From positions 285,944,001 to 286,008,000 of the forward strand of contig OZ024743.1 of NCBI GenBank assembly GCA_964016885.1: DNA of 64,000 nt. The letters run 5' to 3'. Numbering within the stretch: the stretch's first letter is position 1; every line of letters starts with the position of its first letter. Made by a program: the position numbers and the translations under genes. The DNA comes from Eledone cirrhosa (Eukaryota). The notes under the pieces are model-generated. The model worked only from the letters and a program-made list of their open reading frames with translations, was not told where the DNA came from and ran no database searches. Of the stretch, positions 12,836-26,100 are shown one piece after another.

Positions 12836-14091
12836 TATCAAGCATTCATTTAAACCTGTTGAAAAATCGGCACATACAGAGGAATTTTTTTTTTTTTTGA
12901 CATAAACTGTTGGGGATGCCCATTCACTGTAATCAATTTTTTTCAATAACCCCTAGCTTTTCAAGTCTATCCAATTCATTAACTTATTCCAACACTGTGA
13001 AAGGTACACTCCTTTTTTGGTTTGAATACTGGTATAGCATATTCCTTTACAGAAAAAAACTTTTGGAAAACCCTTTTTTAATTCTTTTTTTATTTTTTCC
13101 GATGCTGGATGAAAAATATTCACTTTTTTACAAAAAAGTTTATGGGGAGGTTCCATAAATCAAATAATCCCATCCAGTCTGTTCGTATTACTGAGCACAA
13201 AAACTTTTGCTTTTAAGTTTTACCACAAAACAAAACATCACTTGTCATTTCTCCCTTAAAATGCAACTTTTTTCCACGTGTGATTTTTTAAGTTACTTTT
13301 AAGCTGGTCTTCCTGATTTTTCTCCATGTCTCCTCGTTAATTATTGTGATGTCACTGCCCGTATCCAATTGTAACTTGACATTTATTTTCACAAACACAA
13401 ATTTTCTTTTCTCGCTTAGATTTTTTTTTTACACAACCTCGTTGACAGAATTTTTACTGTTCAACCTTTTTTTCTTTTGGTTCCCTCTATAATGCAAGGT
13501 TTTATGTCCAACTTTTCCACATTCATAACATTTTAAATTTTTGTAAGGACAGTCACTTTTAAAATGTAAGCCTCCGCACCCGTAACAACATGGATTGGGT
13601 CTTCACAATTGTTGTTTTTCTTTTTTCTCATCCATTCTAGGTCGAACCAAATGCATTTGTGAACAATCTCTTTCGTCAATGTTTTCTGTATCATGCCTTA
13701 AGTTTACAATCCTCTGGCATTCTTCTGCCACTGTCTGAAGTGTCAATTTTTGGTCTTGTTCTAACTTTAATATCCAGGAACGTATTTCTGCATCTTTGTT
13801 AGAGTCAGCCCTTGTACAAAAATTAGACATTTGAACATGTTTGGGGTTAATTCAGTTAATTTGAACTTTTCACATTCTCTATTTACAACCCCAGCATAAG
13901 TGACAAAATCTTTTTCACCAAATTTAAACACTGCCAGCGAGTATTGAACATTGAACTTCTTTCACTGAAAAGTTTTGATAAAATTTTGTTTCATCAAAAC
14001 AAATTTCACCTGGCTTCTTTAGCAGAATAAAATTACTTTCGTGCAAAAATAATCCACAGGCCAGCGCAAGCTTCGAATACCTCGTTGCCAC

Positions 14092-14295
14092 CTTTATAAC
14101 CTTTTGGACTGGTTATATTTTCTACGATGCAGCGGTACTAACAAACAATTTTATGTCAGGTATCCCGTCCAACTACAAAATAATGAGACTTTCAAGAGAG
14201 ACTCCAATCAAACTACTGACAAAAAGACATGTTGCTTATTTATAATAATCCACTGAGTCCATTTCTTTAATCCCAAAGGGGTGTTCACCATAACA
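14092..14295 (-). repeat. 5' LTR of the Gypsy element
   Basis: Direct repeat of 7976-8172, adjacent to the PBS. Confidence 0.9.
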
Positions 14296-14379
14296 AATAT
14301 ATAAGCAAATTCATTTCAGCAGATTCCTACTCTCAGTCTGCAAGTTCTTCAGCTAGCCATTTAGATATCTGCCATCTTT

Positions 14380-15150
14380 GCTACTACTTCTCACCCATGA
14401 TGGTTCCACGTGCAATACACTTGGAAAGAAAGTTTCCACATTTGCTGTCTCACACTCAAAAAAAATCCTCAAATTGTTTCTTCTCTCTTCCACCAGTTTG
14501 TAATATGAAAACCTTTCCTGTTACATCAAACCAAGAAAACTAACCTTTGAGAAATCACAAGCTCTAACAACTTGAATCATTCTATCTCTCATCAGTGACT
14601 ACTAGTACAATTTAAAGCAAGATTACTGGGAAGCTGCTCCTCTGTCATAGACAGGAGATTCTCATATCAGACACTATCTGCCCAGGGTCTTAATCCATCT
14701 TTAGTCTCCTAGATCTGATGCTTCTTGTCAGATTGCAGTATATACTGATCAAGCTCTCGCTCTAACCTATACTCATTAACTCTCATGTGCCTCAAGTTTC
14801 TGTTATGTATATTAACGGCTTGCTGTCGCATGTAACAATGTCCACTCCCTTTCAGATAAAATTTGTTTCCACTAATCTTTACCATTCTCTCTTATTGATC
14901 TCGCATTCATAGCACCAAAAACTACATGCCAAAGACTATCCCTCCTCTTTAGGGCAAGAAAATACACAAGCTCTAAAGAGTTGCTAGCTCACTACAAAGA
15001 CTAAATTGAATACTACTCAACCGTCGGAAACATGAACTTCTTTGCTTCGTCCAAAAGAAAGCTGAGCTATTGTGTCTTGTTCATAGATACAGTGTAATAC
15101 AGATTCTTCATTTGGTAATATGACACCCTTGTAAACAGATGTTACTGCAG
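14380..15150 (+). mobile_element. Very decayed LINE reverse-transcriptase remnant (CR1/Jockey-like)
   Basis: Vestigial RT-like strings (LESFYLSSVT region, cccagggtct GVPQGS-like motif, gaatactac EY motif); absent from the paralogous flank near 29860. Confidence 0.35.
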
Positions 15151-15959
15151 GTTTAATACAATGGATGCCAATACAGAACTTTTCTGTAAACATTTTCTTC
15201 CTGTGATTGCATTTCTAGCTAATTATATTAATTGGCTTTTTAACGTTCATTGCATTAAATATGTTGATACTAACTTGAATATTGTTTTTCATGCTGATGA
15301 CACTCGATGAATAATTTTTCTTAGTAATTTATTTTCACAAATAGAATAAAACATTGTTGGGAAAAGTTTTCTTGAATCTCTAAATTTAATTTTCTGAACT
15401 CCATATAGTATTTTAGATATAACTTTATTCTTTCATGCTAGGAAAACCTCTCACTAGGCCTAACAAATTGCAAATCACACCTTAAAACATTAGATAATGT
15501 GGTTTTAAATATATTGCCTTGAAAAGAGACAGAATAATCATGGCTGGAACACTTTTTATTCATAAGTCTGCTTGATTAAGGTAGTGAGGTGAACATGTGG
15601 AACATGTTCAAATATTGGTTGAAATGAAGTTAATCATTACAAAATGTTCCTCTTATAGATAATTAGATATCCAATGAGCTCATATTTTCTATATTTGAAG
15701 CTTATTTTCAATTTTTAGATTTGAAATTCTGGTTATTCTATTATATTATATATTCTTAGAAAGACAGTTGTGTTTGAGAAATGTTTAGTGCCAGATTAAA
15801 ACTTTACACTGAGTTCAAATACTACCTTTTATCCCGACATGGTCAATAATGTAAGTATTATATTGATAATTTCAATCAACACAATCTATCCTCCAGGATT
15901 TTGTAGAATTATATTATAAATTTCAGAGCAGTAGAAGTGTGTGTGATAGCACTAGTTTA

Positions 15960-16460
15960 AATTTGTAGAGGATGGTCAGTATTTTGTGAGTAATATTTTT
16001 CAGTCATTCTGGAAAATTTCAATTGTTCTCTCAATAGGGGGTTGAAAATCCCTTATTGTTTGTTATCATGGAGTCTAATTGTGCTGAAGTACTGACTGCT
16101 CCATGAGGAAACTAACACTGGAATTTGCTGGGAAATGTAATAACAAGCACAACACACTTTCTTTTTTACAGTACTGAAATCTCAATATCTTGTCATATCT
16201 GTAATTGGTACACACTCTAATTACCCTTCACCTCTTAATTTAATTACAAAACTATCCTATCCAATTACTACTGAATAAAGATACTATGCAATATCCCTAA
16301 TCACTAATTCATAATCCTTCAAGTCATCTTCATGCTCGGTATCCAAGATTAATTCACAGTATAGGTGAAAAAATGGCCTACAACACCTAAAGAAAAAAAT
16401 CGAATTTCTGCACCCCACAGAGTGCAACAAGTTCTTCCAAGTTACAGACCCTTCTGGTAA
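15960..16460 (-). pseudogene. Decayed casein kinase II beta-like relic, copy 1
   Basis: PFFHLYCELILDTEHEDDLKDYELVIRDIA*YLYSVV aligns by eye to CK2beta [21 protein letters not shown]...LIEQAAEMLYGLI; downstream TIRLHDNKQ*GIFNP resembles MVKLYCPKCMDVYTP. Stops present, no introns. Confidence 0.45.
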
Positions 16461-17019
16461 AAAAAAAGCTACAGTAAATGTAGTGGCATTACAGTGTCTC
16501 GCTTCCAAGAGCAACTTTTGCCGATTATGAATCTGTCATTATTTCTTCCAACATCTCAGAGTTCGTAGAAAACATTAACAATCACCTAATCTTACACTTA
16601 GGTTAAAAACAATTCGTTTGGAGCCGGTACATCTGAAACTATTAAGTGTTTCCCCCCTCTTTCGAAGACTGTGATTTGACTGCTATTTCTAGCAGCTCGG
16701 TTGACTATCTAGTAGAGTTGGCTCTTATTTTTAGTCAAGAGTGATTTTATTTACAGGCCGAAAGTATTCGATAATGGATATAACCTCGTAATGGATATAA
16801 TCTACTGTATAAAAAGTAAAAAAAAAAATAAAAATCCGATATATTGAGTTACGTCCCTTCACCCATTCGTTCTTATTGATTCGTCGTCGACCTACTATTG
16901 AAATTTGAATATTTTTGCACACACCGAACAAATTGTAGTTTTGTTTTGGTTTTGCGAAATTTCTATTTTGTACCCAAAAGTAAAGGTTACCCATTTGTTA
17001 CTGTGATTTTATGTAAATT

Positions 17020-17542
17020 ATGGAAAACAAAGCGAAAAAAAGGCGACAGTTTTTGTTACAGGAAAAGTTGGAAATTCTGAAAGCCGTTGATTCTGGAAAA
17101 AAAAAGAAAGACATTGCGTTACTGTTTAACATTACTCCGTCGACATTGTCCACGATTGTTAAGAATCAGTCTAAAGTTAAAGAGAAATCTAAAGAGGCAA
17201 ATTTTGGTCCACAACGAAAACGCCTAAGGGCTGCGATGTTCGAAGATATTGACGAGGCAGTTTTTGTGTGGTTTACAAACCAAAGAGAACAAAATATGCC
17301 AATTAGTGGTCCGCTTATTCAAGAGAAAGCTTTGGATACGGCCAAACTTTTGGGTCACTCGGATTTTCAGGCCAGTGTCGGATGGCTGAATCGATTTCGT
17401 CATCGATTCGGGATAACATCCCGAGGGATCTGTGCTGAAGAAGCTGATGTTCCAATAGAAAAGCTGATTCGGTGGAAAGAAGCAGAAATAAAAAATATTA
17501 TTTCTTACAGCAAAGAAGGCATATTTAATGCAGATGAGACGG
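17020..17542 (+). CDS. Tigger/TIGD-type transposase N-terminus (HTH-psq/CENP-B_N + HTH_Tnp_Tc5); candidate alternative first exon A of BTB copy 2 (unspliced ORF runs to 17655)
   Basis: KRRQFLLQEKLEILKAVDSG...PSTLSTIVKN...DIDEAVFVWF...PISGPLIQEKA...FQASVGWLNRFRHRFGI...IFNADETG. Homology ends at the first catalytic Asp motif, where a phase-1 donor ACGG|GTATTT lies. Confidence 0.85.
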
Positions 17543-17859
17543 GTATTTTTATTCATTTAAATTTAATCATTAATCATTTAAATTCAATATTCCAAATTTC
17601 AAATGAAAGAAAATTATTCAAAAGAACATATCTGAAACACACACACTCACATTAATAGATACATATATATAATTATTATAACATAAAATACATTACTAAA
17701 AAATAATTGTAAGTTGTTTTTTTTTTGTGGAGGGTTTACGCAAGTTTATAATATGACAGAAAACAAACAAAGGAAACATATTTGAAATATTTATATTTTA
17801 TTGCATGATAGTCATACTGCAGGTATGTTTTCATTCATTTAAACAAACGCTCAATTTGT

Positions 17860-17945
17860 TTCGGTCGATCTCGTTATAAAGAATTTTTCGTTACAACGAA
17901 TTATTTTTTATACCCCGTGAATTTCGTTATAACGGAATTTCACTG
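17860..17945. repeat. Right terminal inverted repeat remnant of the Tigger-like element
   Basis: Three tcgtta(t/c)aa motifs ending ...tttcgttataacggaatttcactg; the reverse complement starts CAGTG as in pogo/Tigger TIRs. Confidence 0.6.
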
Positions 17946-18894
17946 TGTCGTAAAATCACTTAACCTTTAACTCTATAAAATACATCAACAATGCTGGTAT
18001 AGGCACTGCCTCCGTCCCTCACTATTTTAAGAAAATGGGGTCCACTTGCTGGCCACCCGGCGGACAGAATAGAGAAGGCGTTTCCCCGGGGAATGGTGAG
18101 GGTGACGCTTTGAAAAAGTAAAATTTATATAGTTCATGACTTTCGAATGAGCAACGTTAGAGATGTCTAGTGGCTTAGAGGTGTGATAACTTCGTAACTT
18201 CTATATACACGATCTCTTTCACCATATATTCATGAGTCGCATACTTTTAATAGGTAGTACTAAGCAACTGAATCAATAGAAAGCCCGAGCGCAAGTAGGT
18301 AGCAACGAGACGGTCAGCCAACCTGCTAGAAACAACAGCTAAATCTTTTAGATCATACCATATAATATACCTGAAAAGATACATGGTTTTTGACAGGAAC
18401 ACTTTTGGTAATAGGCCAGCAGAGCTATCCTGAGGTTAAAATACACCACTGTACCTTAAGTGGGTGTCCTACTAGTTGTAGAGGTGATCACTACATAATT
18501 TTGTCAAATAAATTGTGTTTTTAAATAGTTATTTGTCTCTTAATTCACCGGTGTGTTGCTGTTTTGAAAGATATTGAATCATTTCGGTAGCTGAACAAGA
18601 TTAAGTATTAACTATCGAAGTGGGAAGAATATAATAATTATCGTATAAGACGATATCTATAGCTGGGGCGAAATGCGCATACAGGGAGTTATTTTACACA
18701 CTAGGCATAAAATGTATATTTTTTTAAAACTTGGAAAAAATTATACAAATGATGGTCGAGCTTTCGAAGTTAATGTTTGTGGATCAAAGAAAACTCATGG
18801 CGCTTGCGCGAGATTATCGGTTCGTTATCTTGGTGTCACATGCGTTGTGACTGTTGTTGTTTTCTATAATTTTACTATTTTATAAAGGTACATC

Positions 18895-19375
18895 ATGGCG
18901 CCAACACTTACACGAAGGAAATATGAAGCTGGGTTTAAGTTGAATGTTATAGCATATGCAAAGAAGCATAATAACCGTGCTGCTGCGCGTGAGTATGGTG
19001 TAACGGAGAAAGTAGTAAGAGACTGGAGATTAAAAGAAGAAATATTAAAGAATATCCCCAAGAGCAAATGTGCAATGAGAAGGGGTAGTGCACACTGGCC
19101 GAATTTAGAGAATTATTTAGCAGATATAGTTTGTGAGTATCGACAAAATGGATATGGTTTATCAAGAAGTAAAATCCGCATTATGGCACTCCAGTGGGCA
19201 AAAGAAAATCAAGAGTATTGTAAAGACTTCAAGGCCACCGCTTCATGGTGTCGTCGATTCATGGAGAGACATAATTTAGTATTGAGGCCGAAAACCAAAG
19301 TAGAGAAGAAATTACCGACAGAGCTTGACATCAGTATTTCTAATTCCCATCGTTGTATAATACTGCAACATAAAA
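18895..19375 (+). CDS. pogo/POGK-type transposase N-terminus (Brinker DBD + CENP-B-type HTH); candidate alternative first exon B of BTB copy 2 (unspliced ORF runs to 19422)
   Basis: RRKYEAGFKLNVIAYAKKHNNRAAAREYGVTEKVVRDWR...WPNLE...FKATASWCRRFMERHNLVLR...KLP; no DDE domain; good start context atcATGG; phase-1 donor AAAA|GTAATG. Confidence 0.85.
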
Positions 19376-20234
19376 GTAATGACCTTCTTTTATATCCCTT
19401 TGTTGTTTTCATTATTTTTTAGTAATTTCCTTCCTTCCTCTATCTTAATATATTTCGTACGAAATCTGGTATCTTATAAGTCAAGCATAGGATAAACATT
19501 CTGAGGGGAAATTTGTAAAGTCGAATTATATGCCTAGTCATAAATGTTTCGGTCGGTATATTATTACAGTCGGGATGTACATTCCTAGACGCCGCTATTT
19601 AAACTGTACAATGGCGATTTTTGTTACACTAAAGTTTAATACTTGTATAAAGGGTTGTTTAAAATCTGAGTGAATGTACTTATTCTGGATGCAAAAGAGC
19701 AATACTTTTTTTTTACTCTATTGATTTAACTAGACGAATCAAACGGGAAGGACTTTGTTAATTTTACTCTTCCAAGGAAGTCTAGCGTTTCTTGCAGGAG
19801 TTTGTTTTCTGTATTTTCACTCATAAAAAATTCCCTGAGAGGAATGAAATTTATGCAGATTTAGATGGCTTACTACGAGGTTTCTTGGTTGTTTTAATGA
19901 TAGGGACCTCACGAAAAAGAACTTAGTTTGGGACGAAATATATTTTCAAAACGACCTTGTTCTTTTTTAAAATATGCTCTGGATTGGAAAAAGTGTTAGA
20001 TAATTTGGTGTCATTTAATCAATTTATATCTATCACCCGGTCATCATTGACTAGAGGAATTTCGTATGAAGAAAATTATATTTCGTCTAATTCACCGTAT
20101 TCATTTGGAAGGCATCACACACACACACATGTGTGTGTATGTGCCGACGACTGAATCCAAACGTGTATATTACTGAATGAACCAGGAAGAGATATTTTCA
20201 TTTTCTTTATTTGAGATCTATTGTGAATCATATC

Positions 20235-20620
20235 CCTTCGTCGCCCAGCGTCGTGGGGGCAGGCTCCTCAAATACTCCTTTCAGCAGGTCCTGTCAGAAG
20301 CAACTGATGCGGCTGGATCCCAAGCGTGATGTTATCCAGCCATCTTGCTCTGGGTCTCTTAGCGGTTGGTTTTGCCTGTAAAATCTTTCCTGAGATATTC
20401 TAACCACATAACCGTAATATAGGAGCTGTGGTCTCTCAATTTGAAGAAGTAGCGGCTCTACTTAGATGATCTCTAGTTAGGCACTTTATCGACTAACTTT
20501 ACTCCAAATACCCTTCGGAGGAATCCCATTTCGGGCGCTTGTTTTCGTGATAGTATTCTTTTGGTTATTACCCAAGATTTATGACCATGGGAGGGTTGGC
20601 ACGAAAACCTAATTGAAGAT
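20235..20620 (-). mobile_element. RTE-like LINE 3' fragment
   Basis: Minus-strand translation GHKSWVITKRILSRKQAPEMGFLRRVFGVKLVDKVPN is typical of the post-RT region of RTE elements. Confidence 0.65.
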
Positions 20621-21257
20621 AGCGAGTTTGCTTTAGGGGAGTGAGGTGGGTGATGAATGTAGAGCAACAGAGAAGGCTCGAAAGAGCGGGGAGGTGAATG
20701 GCGTATCAATCAGAAAGAGGGAGACAAACAATAAATTGTAGAATATGATGGAAATAGTCACGAGTTGAAGAAGGATAAAAGTTACTGACTGAGTGAGCGG
20801 AGTGATGAAAATGAATGTGGAACGAAATAAAGAAAGAGGAAGACCATGGCTAAAGTTGATGAAGAAGGAAATGAAAGTGACATGTCTTTTTCGAAATATC
20901 CACATAACAAGAGTGACTCGTACAAGACATGGACGTGAAGCCTCTTGCAGAAAGTTATTGCCTATCATACTCCAAGTAATCAAATAGTGGTGATTAAGAC
21001 ACCCTTTGTCATGCAATTTTCGAAAGCATCTTATGTGAGTTCCAAGGAACAACTCTGTCTTGCACCTTACTCATCACTGTTGAATACAATTGAGGGACCC
21101 TGAAGTGTGATTAAGCCAATTTATTATCTAAATTGTAAGCAAGTGATCTAGGAAATATATTATTGAAATCTAAATGGAGAGATTAATAGATGAAAGTGTA
21201 ACAGCCATAGCACCTATTGAATCATTTTGACTGGAAGTGTTATTTCCATCACAGATT

Positions 21258-21680
21258 ATCATCATTATTTTATGTCCATTTTTTCATGCTTACATGGGTT
21301 AGGTGAGTCTTTTTTAACACAGCCTTCCTCCATACATTCCATTCCTTTATCTCCTCAGTGAGGTTCAGCATTTTGAGATCTGCTTTCGTCACTTCTGTTC
21401 AGGTCTTTGGTCTTCGTCTACTGCTTTCTTCCACAGATCTTTTGGCACTTTTTTAACCTACAATCATCATCCATAAGCATCACATGGCTATACTAATTTG
21501 ATTCCTCTTATATCCAGTTTTTCTCTCACCTCAGCCATGCTTTGCCATCCATGTGCATTAACACCACACATCCATAAAAGTATGCTCACTTCATTTCTCT
21601 CCAGCTTTCACATATCTTCTGCATTTACAGCCTATGTTTCATTTCCCTGTAACATTGCACTTCACATACAGGGATAATTC
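21258..21680 (-). mobile_element. Decayed RTE LINE 3' fragment
   Basis: (atc)n tail, catgcttacatgggtt 3' module, and similarity to 58533-59000. Confidence 0.65.
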
Positions 21681-23190
21681 CCATAATCTTTTGAAAGATA
21701 TTTTGACACTTGTTCAAGAACTGCTGCTCAGATTTAGACTTCAGTTTATAACTCGTTAGGTCAGACATTGGAAATAAGGTTTGATGACATTTTATTGTAG
21801 CAATTGATGATTAGATCCACCTACCTGTACAAGCACTGTTGACGATCAAATGGAGATATTGTAGGGTTTGAGAGGACCCTTCAGTCTTTATTAGCATATT
21901 ACAACTTCTCTAATGCTGGTACCATTATAAAATGCACCCAGTACATCATCCTGTAAAGTATTAGTGGTAGTGCAATGAAAAAGCACACATAGTACACCCT
22001 GTAATGTGGTTGGTGTTAGGAAAGATACCCAACAATAGAAACTATGCTAAATATGGAACATAATAAGCAAGATGGGTCACTCCAACCCATGCCAGCATTG
22101 GACATAAGTGATGAAAAAAGTTTTAAATATCTTATCTAGTTTTTCTTTTGATTCTATAGTAACCATTATTTAGGACTGACTTTTTTGAACTCTTATGATT
22201 CATAAAGACATTAACATTTACTTCTGTCTTTGGCTTTTCATCTAAAGTAACAAATGTCAAAGTCTTGAAACTATTACTTCAAACTGTTGGGTATATTTTA
22301 AAATTAAAACAGTTATGTGCTGTTATTATCTAATGTCAGTGAGCCTCCCTCACATAAAGCTCTTTATAATGAACTGTTAGTAATTAACATATGGTAATCA
22401 TAAGGAAGTTGAAGATCCATTGGGATTATGAAATTTTGAGAACAAAATGTTCCCTGTACACTCTAAGTGGTTGGTGTTAGGAAGGGCATCCAACCATAGA
22501 AACCATGCCAAAATGGAACATGAGAGCAAAACATTATCCTCTGATTTGTCTAGTCACAGATTGTGACATTCTGTCCAACCCATGCTAGCATGAAAAATAG
22601 ATGTGAAATGATGACTGATAATCATCATCATCATTGTTTAATGTCTATCTTCCACGCTAGCATGGGTTTAGACGGTTACCCATTCATATTTTTATTGCTG
22701 GTGCATTAAAATGCTCTCATTACATTCTGGAAAGTTGTTTGTGTGAAGAAGAGCATCCAACTATAGAAACCATGACAAAACTGGGACATGTGAAATGAGG
22801 CACCCAGCCTGTCTAAGAGAGCAGTAGCTCCAACCCATGTCAACATGAATACATGGAGGTAAAATGTGAATGATTGTTTCCTTAATTACAAAAGTAGAAG
22901 TTGGCCAACAACTTCATAATTGATACAAAGCATTACTCATTTTGACACTTCTGTTGCTGCTGCACTTCTAAATTATTCTCAAGGTTGATGAGATTGAGGA
23001 CAGTAAGATCAGTTTGCCAGACATGCCATATCACAAGTTCATAAGATTGCTCCACACTTTGTAGATAAACAAATTTTCCAAAACATCTATAGTATATATT
23101 CATATCCAAAAGGCTTACAGAACAAGTGTAGAATAGTAAATAATTATATGAAAACTGTAACAATGTAATGTCTATTTTTTTTCGTTTCAG

Positions 23191-26100
23191 GTTCTAATAT
23201 TTATGACAAGATTCTTGAAACCACATCTGAGCTCAATACATCTAATTCGTTATCGGTAAAAATTATTAAAATTTATCTTATTTTTACACACTATTGAGAA
23301 TTGCATTTGGCTATAAGAATAAGATCTCACCTAACTGACAAATTATTTAATCTTTATCTATAAAAACGAAAATGTCTGTCTGTATGCAGGCAATGCATTT
23401 TCAGTTTCCATCCAATTTTGTTCAAATTTGATATATAATTTAACTCCTGGAGCATGTCAACAAATAGTTTAAATCTTGCTCTCCCCTAAAATTGTAGAGT
23501 TCTGGGGCTCTTTAAGGGTAGCCATATTGAGGAGAGAGGAGTAGGGTGGGGTCTTTATTGACAGTGGAGGAAGACAGATGAGCTAGCAATGTTAGAAAAA
23601 TACAGACAGGGTGAGGCAGGTCTTTATTGACTGGTGAATGTAGAGGATGAGAGAAAACAAGACAGACAGAATATCAGTTCAAGTAGTAACTACAGCTATA
23701 GAGTAGCTATATAAAAGTGGCAGTGTTGGTGGAAGAAAGCCATGGTAGCAGTAAGAGTACAGACAACAGTGACAAGAGTAAGGCGTGTGACGTCATAAGA
23801 CATCTGCTGCAGTAATGTAATGGTAGAAAAATGTACAAGTTTCTAATTTGAGTTAAGTTTGATTTATTTCTGTCATTTAATGGCAGATTTATGACAATAA
23901 TTAAATATAAATTAACATGGAATCTCTACATTTTATTTTGTCTCTCTCGGAAAACTATTTCCATGTGAAAAGAAAGGTTTAATGTGTCGTCTGCTTTACA
24001 ACAATCAATACATTTATTGTGTAATGTTGAATACTTACAGCTTTTCTTCTACCTTAATTCGGTTATTCACTTTATTTTAATAAGGTGTACCCGGCAACAA
24101 CGGCGTTTTTTGCTAGTTATATATATATTTATGTATATATATATATTATTCATTGTAGGTCAAATCACAAGCCAATAAATCAGCCCATCAACAAACTCCT
24201 TCAGATGTGGAACATCGGCGGAAAAGTCTTTCTTCTTCAACATCTAAAATCATCAATAGCCTTTCAGATACAAACCAGTCCCAATCATTTCCAACACCTG
24301 CAAAAGTTCCTAAAAAACACAGTTTCTCTAAACCGTACGTAATTTCATCAGTTTTATAACTAATTCTTTAGTTTAAATCTCCTCTCTCCTTCTCTACATT
24401 TCTAGTTTCTATACTATTATGCTATTAGAAAGTATTGTAGATGAGTAGAAGTTATTAAGTTGTTTTCTTCATGTCTAAATGAGTGATAATTTGTATCTTC
24501 TGTCATTATAGTGAGATGTGTTTCTGAACAAGACAATTAACACAATGACTCCACTACTTCACTAAATATTTGATAATAATAACAACACTAATACTTACAA
24601 ATAGCAATTGTTGTAAAGATGTTCTCCAGGAAACTGAGTTCATGATCAGTTTCAATTTGATTTTTTCTATTCTCTTAAACTGATGATGTTCATGGCAAAG
24701 GTATCAGTATTGCACCTCTATAATCATAGGCTTCTGTCAACAAGCAATATTCCAGTATACCAAATGATGATGTTCCATCATATAGCAGGCTATGTTTAGG
24801 ACTGACTATACGAAGAGAGATGTGTTTTTGAACAAGCAGGTTTACTGTTTCCTTATTTGCTTTACTGATTAACTGTTGAGAATTTTCTTTTTTCAGGATT
24901 TTATTATAAATTAGTAAAATATGAAAAGGAGTGCTCTGTTTTAACATGGAGTATTCTAGTTGTTTAATCAACAAGCTATCTATTCATTGAATTATAATGT
25001 AAGTACCTGAGTGTACTACAAACACTTGTACTCTTAATGTAATCCTCCAGCAGAATCAACACAGTAATGCTGGCCCTTTGAATTACAATACAGTCCATTC
25101 CATATTTTCCATCCACCCAATTTCACTCAAGATTTGAGTTAACCCAAAACTAGTGTTACAGACACTTGGCTAAGATACTTAGAAAGCAATTTATTAATCA
25201 GCTCTGGATTTAACATATACACACTTAGACCAACAAGCAATGTCTCAAAGTATTCGTTCGTATAAATGCAATCCAATATTTATTTAGAACTATTTACTGA
25301 ATCAGTGAGACTTACTATATGAAGATCAGACTGTAGTGATACAGGTAATGACTTCTTGGCACTAATGAGATTAATCTAAAAGCAAGTATGATTAATTTAG
25401 AATATTGTTAGCATAATTATTACCGTTTGTTTTTATAACTTTTCAGTTATGAATTATATCTCATTTTGTGGTATAAATTTTTCAATACAAAATTATATCT
25501 ACCTTGAAGTGCTAACATCTCAAAATTATGTTTTTTTATTTCTACTTTCTTCAATAACTGCAATATATCAAATATATGCAATATACTGCAATATATCAAA
25601 TATATCTCGTTGATCTGCTGTCTTATTTATTATTACATATCTTGATACAACAAAATCTTTTTAAATGAGTTATAATTTCTATTTAGAGTTTATCAAATTT
25701 TCTCATCAGATTCTCTTTGCTATGTATTATTAAAATGTTTTTTGGATCGATGCAAAACATTAAAAGTAAAGTTGTTTGATTTTGTCCCACTTTGTTTTCG
25801 TTTTTAATTCAATAACATTTTTTTTTTTTAGTTTTATTTCCCTTGGTCAATCTCATGTTTTGGACAAACCAGCTACTGTTTCATCTTTGACTAATGATAC
25901 TAGATCCCAGTCTATAGAAGGCTCTAGTAGTTCTTCCAAAAATACTCAGAAACCACCAGCTGCTTCTAAATCTGAGAAACATATGCGAATCAGTCCAGCT
26001 ATTGATGCATCACCCCAAGAAGAAAAACGTATGCTTGTAGTACCAAACCATCAGTCATCTGTCATGTCTAACATGTCATTTCTAAGGAAAGCTGGTCGAT

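Larger units (their letters stand above)
7976..14295 (-). mobile_element. Ty3/Gypsy LTR retrotransposon (Mag/Cer-like), decayed, with nested insertions
   Basis: On -: PBS tggcaacgag (14081-14090), gag with two Cys/His knuckles (about 13490-13590), protease LQLDTGSDITI (about 13340-13380), RT WASP/CADFSTGLN/AYFDDILI, RNase H DAS, integrase RSYVYWP...WTRLHIDF...VVADSFTKWPE, and PPT at about 8173-8185. 5-bp TSD aacat/aatat. Confidence 0.93.

Noticed and set aside
17020-19422. Active Tigger/pogo transposase genes
   Set aside because: Both lack the DDE catalytic domain and have eroded ends; the ORF tails beyond the donors are AT-rich and intron-like.
19611-19673. Short ATG-initiated frame (MAIFVTLKF...) as a third first exon for BTB copy 2
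   Set aside because: No recognisable domain and only a weak phase-1 donor.
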